A stretch of DNA of 64,000 bases, from the NCBI GenBank assembly GCA_963716255.1, contig OY970303.1, forward strand, positions 4,704,001 through 4,768,000. Reading direction: 5' to 3'. The position numbers were made by a program, and so were the translations under genes. The notes beneath the pieces are model-generated. The model saw only the letters and a list, made by a program, of their open reading frames with translations. It was not told the origin of the DNA and made no database searches. Source of the DNA: an uncultured Gemmatimonadales bacterium. Lineage in GTDB: Bacteria; Gemmatimonadota; Gemmatimonadetes; Longimicrobiales; Longimicrobiaceae. Shown in pieces: positions 10,184-29,050 of this stretch. How positions within the stretch are numbered: the stretch's first letter is position 1; each line of letters begins with the position of its first letter.

Positions 10184-12201
10184 TAGCCGGACAGCCGGGC
10201 TACCGCGTGATCCATCAACTGCACCTGAACGAAGTGGCTGTGGCACTGGTGGTATTCGACGCGCGCAGCGAGATCGATCCACTGGCGGGCGTGCGCCACT
10301 GGGAACGTGCGTTGCGGCTCGCGCAGCAACGTCAAGGACCGTCTGCGGTGCCCATGAACAAGTTCCTGGTCTCGGCCCGCGTGGACCGCGGCACCGTCTC
10401 GGTTAGCAAGGAGCGGCTGGAGTCCATTCTCAAGGACTTCGGGTTCGCCGGGTATTTCGAGACCAGTGCTAAGGAGGGACGGCAGATCGAGGAACTGCGG
10501 AGGGCGATTGAGGAGGCGATCCCATGGGATGTTCTTCCCGAGGTCTCGTCGTCGATCCTGTTCGCCGAGATCAAGTCCTTCCTGCTGGACGTCAAGAAGA
10601 TCGGCCGGCTCGTCGCGCCTGCGGGCCAGCTCTACGACGAGTTCGTTCGAGCGAATCCGGGCGTGGCCGCGAGCGAGCCGAACCTGCGTGGCCAGTTCGA
10701 CACCTGCATCGGCCGGCTAGAGAACCGTGACCTGATTCGGCGCCTCAGCTTCGGCGGCTATGTGCTGCTGCAGCCGGAACTGCTGGATGCTTACGCCTCG
10801 GCTATGGTCAACGCGGCTAAGGAAGAGCCGGACGGACTGGGCTCTCTCGCGGAAGATGCGGCGCTTGCTGGCCAGTTCTACGTGCCCAGCGAGCAGAAGG
10901 TCGAAGAGCGCGGGCAAGAACAGTTGCTCCTGCATGCGACGGTGGAGGAACTGGTGCGGCACGACCTGGCCCTCCGCGAGAGCGCCGCCGACGGCGGCTA
11001 CCTGGTCTTCCCATCGCAGTTCAACCGCGACTACGAAGATGCGCCGGAACCCAGGGGCAAGGCGCTGGCCGTGACGTTCGAGGGCCCTGCGCAGAGTCTC
11101 TACTCGACGCTGACCGTGCGGCTCGGCCACAGCGGGCTGTTCAGAACCGGGCGGTCCGAGATGTGGCGCAACGCGGCGGTCTTCACCGCGATGGCTGGCG
11201 GCAAGTGCGGACTGTATCTGCACGAGTTCTCTGAAGCCCGTGGGCGGCTGGTGATCTTCTACGACCAGCACGAGGGGCTCGCTCCGAGCGACGAGACGCG
11301 ATTCCACTTCGAAGCGTTCGTGCTGTCCCACACCCGACGCCGCGCGCTGGAGGGGACGGTGGAACCGGTGCGGTTCTTCGTCTGCTCCCACTGTGGTGAC
11401 CCGGTACCGGACAGCTATGTCAAGCGCCTTCGCGAGCGCGGCCTGATCACCTTCGGTTGCCCCTGCGGCGAATCGGTCTCCCTGGCGGAGCCGAAAGAGC
11501 GGCTGCGGTTCGTATCGAAGGTGCAGGCCATGGAGCAGTCCGCCGACCGGTACAGGGCCTTCGAGATGTTCGTCGAATCCGCGCGCGGTGAGACCAATAC
11601 CGCGCGGTTCGCGGCATGGGCAGGGGACGAGCGCGTCACGCTAGCGATCGTGTTCACCGACATCGTCGGTTCGACCGCGCTGGGAGAAGAGCTCAAGGAC
11701 GATCGTATGAACGAGGTGCGGCGCGCGCACTTCGCGCGGAGCCGCATGCTGATCGACCAGTACAAGGGGCGCGAGATCAAGACCATCGGCGACAGCTTCA
11801 TGGCGGCGTTCCGCTCGGTGGAAAAAGCATTGGACTATGCCGCGGCTTTGCAGGCCGATCCCGGCCACGAGCACGTGAAGATCCGCGCTGGTATTCACAT
11901 CGGCCCGATGCAGGTGGAGGAAGACGATGTGTTCGGCGGAGCCGTGAATTTTGCCGCCCGTGTGGTGGGCGCAATCAAGGGAGCGGAAATCTGGCTGAGC
12001 GACCGTGCTATGGAACACCTGGACAACAGCGGTGCGAGGCAGCACTCACACCTAGTCTGGGAGAGACATGATGGCGTGCAGATGAAGGGCTTCACCGGCA
12101 CCTTCACCCTCTGGTCGCTGAGCAGGTGAAGCGCACGAGGCGGCGCAGCTCGCGCCGGGAGTCTGCGGAGGGGCCCTGTGTGGAGCCCGAGTGCACATGA
12201 C

Positions 12202-12268
12202 GGGAGCCATGACCCCACTCTCGCTCGACCTCGTCGTCTGCACGTACGACAACGCGCCGCTCCTGGAC
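12202..12268 (+). repeat. Right copy of the 67-bp direct repeat (RBS and first 20 codons of the intact GT2 gene)
   Basis: GGGAGCCATGACCCCACTCTCGCTCGACCTCGTCGTCTGCACGTACGACAACGCGCCGCTCCTGGAC, matching 7523-7589. Confidence 0.9.
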
Positions 12269-13216
12269 CGGACGCTGGAGGCGATCTCGCGGCTGCGCGT
12301 CCCGTCGGAGGTGCGGTGCCGGGCGCTGGTGGTGGACAACAACTGCGCCGACGACACGCCGGAGGTGGTGGAGCGGTGGCGGGCGTCGTTCCCGCTGCCG
12401 CTCGCGCGGGTGCGCGAGCCCGTGCAGGGGCTCACCCCGGCGCGCCTGCGCGGCGTCCAGGAGACCGGCGGGGAGTGGATCGCGTTTGTGGACGACGACT
12501 GCCTGCTGGCGGAGGACTGGGTGGAGCAGGTGGCACGCTTCGCGGCGGAGCACCCGGCGTGCGGCGCCTTCGGCGGCAGGGTGGTCCCCGAGTGGGAAGC
12601 GGAGCCGCCGCCGTACGTGCTGGAGCACCGCTACGCGTACGCCGCCAAGGAGCACGGCGACACGGCCCACCGGCGGCAGTGGCTGGCGGGGGCGGGGATG
12701 GTGGTGCGCAGGGCCGCGCTGGAAGCGTGCGGCTGGACCGGGCGGCAGTTCCTGGAGGACCGCGTGGGCGGCCGGCTGGTCTCGGGCGGCGACGTGGAGA
12801 TCGGGCTGCGGATCGCGGCGCGGCACGAGGTCTGGTACGTCCCGGCGTGCACGCTGCGGCACGTCATCCCCGCGCGGCGCATGACGCGGCCGTACCTGCG
12901 GCGCATCACCTTCGGCCTGGGCGCCAGCCGGCACCACGCCGCCGCGCTGACGTGGAAGGGGTCGTACGCCGGCTGGCTCCTGTACTCGCTCGCCGGCTCG
13001 CTGGGGTTCCTGGCGATGGGCATGGGCCGGGTCGCCCGCGAGCTCGTCCACCCGCGCGCGGGCATCGATCCGGCGCTCGCGTTCAGCCCGCTCCTGGGCT
13101 GGTGGGCGGCGATGGGGGCGATGCTGCGGATGGACGCGGGCGAGCGGCGCCGGCTCCTGGGCGGCGCCGCGGCGCCACCGCCCCGAACCGAGCGCAGTGG
13201 GTCTGCCGTCGCGTGA
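12209..13216 (+). CDS. GT2-family glycosyltransferase
   Basis: LVVCTYD, VVDNNCADDT, QGLTPARLRG, WIAFVDDDC (DxD motif), SGGDVEIG. Confidence 0.9.
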   Translation: MTPLSLDLVVCTYDNAPLLDRTLEAISRLRVPSEVRCRALVVDNNCADDTPEVVERWRASFPLPLARVREPVQGLTPARLRGVQETGGEWIAFVDDDCLLAEDWVEQVARFAAEHPACGAFGGRVVPEWEAEPPPYVLEHRYAYAAKEHGDTAHRRQWLAGAGMVVRRAALEACGWTGRQFLEDRVGGRLVSGGDVEIGLRIAARHEVWYVPACTLRHVIPARRMTRPYLRRITFGLGASRHHAAALTWKGSYAGWLLYSLAGSLGFLAMGMGRVARELVHPRAGIDPALAFSPLLGWWAAMGAMLRMDAGERRRLLGGAAAPPPRTERSGSAVA

Positions 13217-13346
13217 GGGATTTCGGCCCGAAGGGGCGAGACCCGACGGCAGTATCGTCGGGGCTCGACTCCGTTGCAGACGGTCGTTTCGTCTGCTACG
13301 GAGCCGCAGCCCGACCCCGGCGCCAGCCGGGGGCACGCCCCAACCC
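13211..13346 (+). repeat. Structured intergenic repeat, copy 2
   Basis: Same 5' and 3' segments as 1240-1393; the two internal hairpins differ in sequence but still pair. Its TGA (13214-13216) is the GT2 stop codon. Confidence 0.85.
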
Positions 13347-13397
13347 TGCCGTTCAACTCGCTTCAACCGCATCCGGGGTGAGGCCCGGGGCGCGAGG

Positions 13398-14534
13398 CTA
13401 CGCGTCCCGGTCTCCGGACGCGGCCTCCAGCGCACGCCGCCGCCGGAGCTCCTCGTGGAACGCCGCCCCCTCGGCCGCGATGGCGTCGTCCATCCACTCG
13501 CCGGCGAAGCGGTGCAGCTCGGCGTCCAGCGCATTGCGGGCGCGGATGGCCTCCACGGTGGAGCGGGGGAGGGAATCGGTGGGGCGGCGGGCGGGGTTCA
13601 CGTTGCGCGGGTAGGAGGCGACTTCGCGGGTCCACCCCAGCCGGCGGTCGAGCAGGGCCAGCGTCTCGTCGAACCGCTCGGTGACGCCCACGACGGCAAA
13701 GTGCCTACGCAGGTTGTCCTTCGCGGCGTCCAGCATCGCGTCCGTGCACCCGCCGATCTCCGGGTCGGCGCCGGCGATGCGGCGCACCTGGTCGTTGTCG
13801 GCCTCCCGGAACGGCGGCGACGCCGCGAACTCCTCCAGGCTCATCCGCTCTTCCTGCTGGAGGTAGTGGTAGAGCGACACCACGCGCTCCACCGGGTCGC
13901 GCAGCAGCGTCACGTACGTCCACGGCCGCCCCACGTGCTCGTGCAGCCCGAACCAGAAGTGGCCGACCACGGCCCGCAGGTCGCCGCGGCCCAGCGCCGG
14001 GAGGATGTACCCGGGCACCCGCAGGCCGGGCTCCTTGAAGAAGCCGTAGGGGAGGAAGAGGACGCCGGCGTTCAGCAGCCCCTCGTCCTGGTCCCGCGGG
14101 CCGCGGCACTGGTTGTAGACGTACTCGCCCAGCGTGGTGCCCCCCGCCTTGGGGACGTGGAGGAAGAGTACGGTGGGCGCGGAGGGCGCCTCGTCCGCCG
14201 GGCCGCGGTCCCCCTCGCCCGCGTCCGCCGCGGGCTCGGCCCCGCCGGCGGAGGGCCGCGGGCGGAGGGCGGTGCGCGCCACGCGAGGCAGCCACCCCGC
14301 GAACGGCATGGCGATCAGCGGAAGGCGGCTGTCCAGCTTCAGCGAGTCCTCTTCCACGTCCACGGTGCCGCTCATCCCGATCCCCTGCACGGAGAGCGAG
14401 AAGGTGAGCGTGCTCCCGTCCCAGGAGCCCTTCAGGTCGGAGAAGCCGCGGGCCCATTCCACGGTCGCCCTGAGCCGCGCCACCGCTTCCGCCCGTCCGA
14501 GGTCGTGCGCCACTTCCGTCCGGTACCGGGGCAT
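13398..14534 (-). CDS. Sulfotransferase (family 2-like) fused to a small N-terminal domain resembling the 'polyhydroxyalkanoic acid system' (PHA_gran_rgn) protein
   Basis: 5'-PSB motif FLHVPKAGGTTL and 3'-PB motif LRDPVERVVSLY; VVGVTERFDETL. N-terminal ~90 aa (VAHDLGRAEAVARL...WDGSTLTFS...SGTVDV...LP), then a Pro/Ala/Asp linker. Confidence 0.75.
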   Translation of the reverse strand: MPRYRTEVAHDLGRAEAVARLRATVEWARGFSDLKGSWDGSTLTFSLSVQGIGMSGTVDVEEDSLKLDSRLPLIAMPFAGWLPRVARTALRPRPSAGGAEPAADAGEGDRGPADEAPSAPTVLFLHVPKAGGTTLGEYVYNQCRGPRDQDEGLLNAGVLFLPYGFFKEPGLRVPGYILPALGRGDLRAVVGHFWFGLHEHVGRPWTYVTLLRDPVERVVSLYHYLQQEERMSLEEFAASPPFREADNDQVRRIAGADPEIGGCTDAMLDAAKDNLRRHFAVVGVTERFDETLALLDRRLGWTREVASYPRNVNPARRPTDSLPRSTVEAIRARNALDAELHRFAGEWMDDAIAAEGAAFHEELRRRRALEAASGDRDA

Positions 14535-14706
14535 CGTCCCAAGTGGGTGGAGGGTGGGGAGCGCCGGGCATGATCGCCCGCGGAGGGCCCGGATCGTCTA
14601 CGATACCTGTCCCCTCGCCGCCGGAACAGGAGCAATGTGGCCGCGCGCCGGGGGCACGCCCGACCCGCCGTGGCGCGCCCGAGACCCGCGGAATCCGCGC
14701 CTGCCG

Positions 14707-15498
14707 TCACACGTCGAACTCGGGAAAGATCTCCAGCAGCAGCCGCTCCCTGCGGCGGACGCGGTCCCTGAGCTCGGGCGTGTAGTAGCGCTCCCACCGC
14801 TGGTCGTCGCTGCGTCCCTTGCCGGGGAGCACCTTGCCCATCTCCAGGACGAACCCGGCGTCCTCCGGCCGGTAGCCCTGGTCCAGGAGGAAGGCGTGCA
14901 GCCCTTCCCGCAGGCGGTCGGTGCGGACGAAGTGGACGCGGGGCATGGCTTCGCGGCGCGCCTCCGGGTCGCGCAGCACGGGGTCGGGCCAGGCGCGGGC
15001 CCGCTCGGGATCGCGGAAGTAGAAGCGGATGAACTGGCGCGTCCACGCGCCCCGGCCCTCGCCGCCGCCGCCCTCGCCGTCCGGGTCGCCCATCGCGGCG
15101 TCCCACAGCTCCACGAACTCCGGGAACGAGAGGTCGGGAAAGCGGGGAAAGCGGCGCCGGAAGCCGGGAGCGGCGGCGAGGTGGCGCCGCATCGCGCGGC
15201 GGCGCCACCAGCCGAACTCGTACTGCGACACGTACATCTCGTACGGGCCGCGCACCGTGGCCAGCACGGGCTTTTCCCGGTGCTGCGGCGGCACCTGGCT
15301 GCACGTGCCGTGCTTGAGGTTGTGGTAGGTGAAGCTCCCGTAGCGCGCGCTCGTCCGGGTCGCGTGTCCCCGCAGCATCGCCTCCAGCCGCATTCGCCGC
15401 GACCACTCCAGCCCGTACAGCCGCAGGAGCGCCGCGGTGACGAAGCTGCCGCCGGTCTTGGGCTCGTGCACGTAGACGAAGCGGTCGGTGAAGATCAT
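14707..15498 (-). CDS. Sulfotransferase-like protein
   Basis: MIFTDRFVYVHEPKTGGSFV (PAPS loop), VRGPYEMYVSQY, and C-terminal WERYYTPELRDRVRRRE. Confidence 0.75.
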   Translation of the reverse strand: MIFTDRFVYVHEPKTGGSFVTAALLRLYGLEWSRRMRLEAMLRGHATRTSARYGSFTYHNLKHGTCSQVPPQHREKPVLATVRGPYEMYVSQYEFGWWRRRAMRRHLAAAPGFRRRFPRFPDLSFPEFVELWDAAMGDPDGEGGGGEGRGAWTRQFIRFYFRDPERARAWPDPVLRDPEARREAMPRVHFVRTDRLREGLHAFLLDQGYRPEDAGFVLEMGKVLPGKGRSDDQRWERYYTPELRDRVRRRERLLLEIFPEFDV

Positions 15499-15690
15499 GG
15501 CGGAGCGGGAGCGAAGGCGAGGACGGCGCGGCGGCCCATGCATGGCAAGATGCCGCCGCGGCCGCGGGAACCGCAACGATGCCGGTGGGCGAGCCACGTT
15601 GACACGCCGGCCGCGCGGCCGCACCCTCCACGCGCGCGGAGCGCGCTTCCGCGCATTCCACGAACCCCCTCCCGAACCCCCCCGCCCCGG

Positions 15691-17037
15691 ATGCAGGACG
15701 CCAGGGAGCCCGTGGTCGCGCTGGTGGACTTCAGCCAGCTGGTCGAGGACTACCTCGACAACATCGGCGTCACGCTCGAGGCGTTCCTCGGCGAGACGAC
15801 CGGCGGCTGGATGTTCGGCTACGTCGCCGCGCTGCGCACGGCGGGCGTGCGCACCGTGCTCTTCCTGGTCTCGGCGCGCGTGGCGGCGCCGGAGCGCCGC
15901 CGGCACGCGGCCACGGGCGCCGTCGTGTGGGTGCTCCCCGCGCCGCGTGCCTACCGGCTGGCGCGCCTGCGGGTCCTCGACCCGTACGCGGGCACCGTGG
16001 ACCGGGCGTGCGGCGACGTGCGCGGCGCGCGGCGCGTCCTTGGCGCCGCGCTCCTGGAGCTGTCGCCGTACCTGTCCACCCCGCTGGCCCACCTGGCGCG
16101 CGGGCTCCGGCGCGAGCGCTGCCGCGCCGTGCTGTGCCAGGAGTATGAGCACGGACGCTTCGACGCGTGCCTGCTGCTGGCGCGCGCGCTGGGGCTGCCG
16201 GTGTTCGCCACCTTCCAGGGCGGCGACGCGTCGCTGGGCCGGCTGGAGAGGCGGGTGCGCGGGCCCGCCCTGCGCGCGTGCGACGGGCTGGTGATCGCCG
16301 CGCGGCGCGAGGTCCGGCGGGTGCGCGCGCGCTACGGCGTGCCGGCGGAAAAGATCGCGCGCGTCTTCAACCCGCTGGACCTGGACGACTGGCGCCCGCC
16401 CACCCCGTCCGAGCGGACGGCGGCGCGCGCGGCGCTGGGCATCCCCCCGGATGCCCGCGTGGCGGCGTGGCACGGCCGCGTGCTGGTGGAGCTCAAGGGG
16501 CTCGACGTGCTGCTGGAAGCGTGGGAGCGCCTGGGCCGGGAGAGCGCCGGACGCGAGCTGCGGCTGCTGCTGGTGGGCACGGGGAACGACCGCGGCGAGC
16601 TGCGCCGGCGCCTCGCGGGGCGGCGGGACGTGGTGTGGGTGGACGAGTACGTGCGCGACCGGGCCCGGCTGCGCGGCATCCTCGCCGCGGCCGACGCCTG
16701 GACGCTCCCCTCGCGACGCGAGGGGTTCCCGGTGGCGCCGCTGGAAGCCATGGCGTGCGGGCTGCCGGTCGCGGCGGCCGACGTGGCCGGCGTGCGCGAC
16801 ATCCTGGAAGGCGGCGAAGCCTCCGGGGGGCTGGTGGTGCCGCGCGCGGACGCGGCGGCGCTCGCCGCGGCGCTCGGACGCCTGCTGCACGACCCGGAGC
16901 TCGGCCGCGCGCTGGGTGCGCGGGCGCGCGAGCGCGTGGAGCGCTGCTTCTCGCCCGAAACGGTCGGCGCCCAGCTGCGGCGGGTCCTGCTGCGCGAAGG
17001 TACGGCCGGAGACGACGATCCTGCGAGCCGCGGCTGA
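15691..17037 (+). CDS. GT4-family glycosyltransferase
   Basis: FNPLD, HGRV...KGLDVLLEAW, LPSRREGFPVAPLEAMACGLPV (EX7E motif), ARERVERCFS. Confidence 0.9.
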   Translation: MQDAREPVVALVDFSQLVEDYLDNIGVTLEAFLGETTGGWMFGYVAALRTAGVRTVLFLVSARVAAPERRRHAATGAVVWVLPAPRAYRLARLRVLDPYAGTVDRACGDVRGARRVLGAALLELSPYLSTPLAHLARGLRRERCRAVLCQEYEHGRFDACLLLARALGLPVFATFQGGDASLGRLERRVRGPALRACDGLVIAARREVRRVRARYGVPAEKIARVFNPLDLDDWRPPTPSERTAARAALGIPPDARVAAWHGRVLVELKGLDVLLEAWERLGRESAGRELRLLLVGTGNDRGELRRRLAGRRDVVWVDEYVRDRARLRGILAAADAWTLPSRREGFPVAPLEAMACGLPVAAADVAGVRDILEGGEASGGLVVPRADAAALAAALGRLLHDPELGRALGARARERVERCFSPETVGAQLRRVLLREGTAGDDDPASRG

Positions 17038-17068
17038 GCCCCCGGCCCCCCGAACCCACGCCACGACC

Positions 17069-17986
17069 ATGCTGCGACCCGACCAGAAGATCTTCGGGCT
17101 GGGCCTGAGCAAGACCGGCACCTCCAGCCTGACGGAGGCGCTCGAGCGGCTCGGCGTGCGGGCCATCCACTACCCGCACGACGCCCGCACCCTCCAGGAG
17201 CTTCGCTCCGCCGACTACCGGCTGTCGATCCTGCGGGAGTACCAGGCCGTGCTCGACATTCCCGTGGCGCCCTTCTACGCGCAGCTCGACGCGGCCTGGC
17301 CCGGCGCCAGGTTCATCCTGACGGTGCGCGACCGCGAAGCGTGGCTGCGCTCGTGCGAGGTGCACTGGCGCCTGCTCGTGCAGTGGTGGGAGAACTTCCC
17401 CGACTTCAAGCGGTTCCACGAATTCGCGAGCGCCTGCACCTACGGCGCCATCGCCTTCAGCCGCGAGCGCTTCGGCTTCGTCTACGACACGCACCTGCGC
17501 AACGTGCGGGAGTACTTTGCGCGTCGTCCGGAAGACTTCCTGGAGATGGACATCTGCGGCGGCGAGGGGTGGGAGCGCCTGTGCCCGTTCCTGGGAGTGG
17601 AGGTGCCCGCCGGGCCCTTCCCGCACGCGAACGAGTGGATGCACCGGCTGATGCAGGCCGCCGAGGACGTGGAGCGCGTGATCCCCCGCGACGCGGCGTT
17701 CATCCTGGTGGACGAGCAGGGCTTCGGGGCCGATTTCGGCCTCCCGCGCCGCCGCCTCCCCTTCCTGGAGCGCGGCGGCGTGTACTGGGGCGCCCCGCCG
17801 GACGACGCCACCGCCATCGGCGAGCTCGAGCGGCTGCGGCGCGAAGCCGGCCCCGCGTTCATCGTCTTCGGCTGGCCCTCGTTCTGGTGGCTGGAGCACT
17901 ACCCGCGCTTCGCCGCGCACCTGCGCGAGGCCTTCCCGTGCGTGCTGGAGAACGACCGCCTCGTCGTATTCGACCTGCGAGGCTGA
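17069..17986 (+). CDS. Sulfotransferase-family (P-loop, Sulfotransfer_4-like) protein with an extra C-terminal domain
   Basis: KIFGLGLSKTGTSSLTEAL, ARFILTVRD, GWERLCPFLG...FPHAN, followed by a ~110-aa module (FILVDE...FLERGGVYWGAPPDD...FWWLEHY). Confidence 0.75.
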   Translation: MLRPDQKIFGLGLSKTGTSSLTEALERLGVRAIHYPHDARTLQELRSADYRLSILREYQAVLDIPVAPFYAQLDAAWPGARFILTVRDREAWLRSCEVHWRLLVQWWENFPDFKRFHEFASACTYGAIAFSRERFGFVYDTHLRNVREYFARRPEDFLEMDICGGEGWERLCPFLGVEVPAGPFPHANEWMHRLMQAAEDVERVIPRDAAFILVDEQGFGADFGLPRRRLPFLERGGVYWGAPPDDATAIGELERLRREAGPAFIVFGWPSFWWLEHYPRFAAHLREAFPCVLENDRLVVFDLRG

Positions 17987-18008
17987 TCCCGGATCCGGTC
18001 GGGGTGCT

Positions 18009-28955
<10,947 letters not shown>

Positions 28956-29050
28956 CAGTGGCTCTCCCGTGTCTGTGATGCGGCGCAGGCGGTCGCCGGC
29001 CGCGGCAAGTGATCGAACCGGGTGGATTCCGCGGTGGGCCCGGGCCCCGC

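Larger units (their letters stand above)
7788..12129 (+). pseudogene. WD40-Roc GTPase-COR-like-Cys4-class III adenylate/guanylate cyclase (Roco-type) gene, interrupted by IS630; segments 7788-8990 and 10186-12129
   Basis: AGGAG RBS and TTG start; ~7 WD40 repeats; P-loop GDTGVGKS; switch I DSTPG. Removing 8991-10185 restores LWDLAGQPGY in frame. Then G5 ETSAK, CSHC...CPCG, and cyclase motifs FTDIVGST, IKTIGDSFM, RAGIHIG, DVFGGAVNFAARV. Confidence 0.88.
7590..12201. mobile_element. ~4.6-kb inserted island, no integrase seen, between duplicated GT2 gene starts
   Basis: Flanked by the 67-bp direct repeat. Visibly more A/T-rich with different codon usage from the flanks, and its content is unrelated to the glycan operon. 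Confidence 0.7.

Noticed and set aside
14134..15690. N-terminal extensions of the GT4 ORF (from 14134) and of the minus-strand sulfotransferase ORF (from 17166)
   Set aside because: They overlap genuine opposite-strand genes; family motifs begin at 15691 and 15498 respectively.
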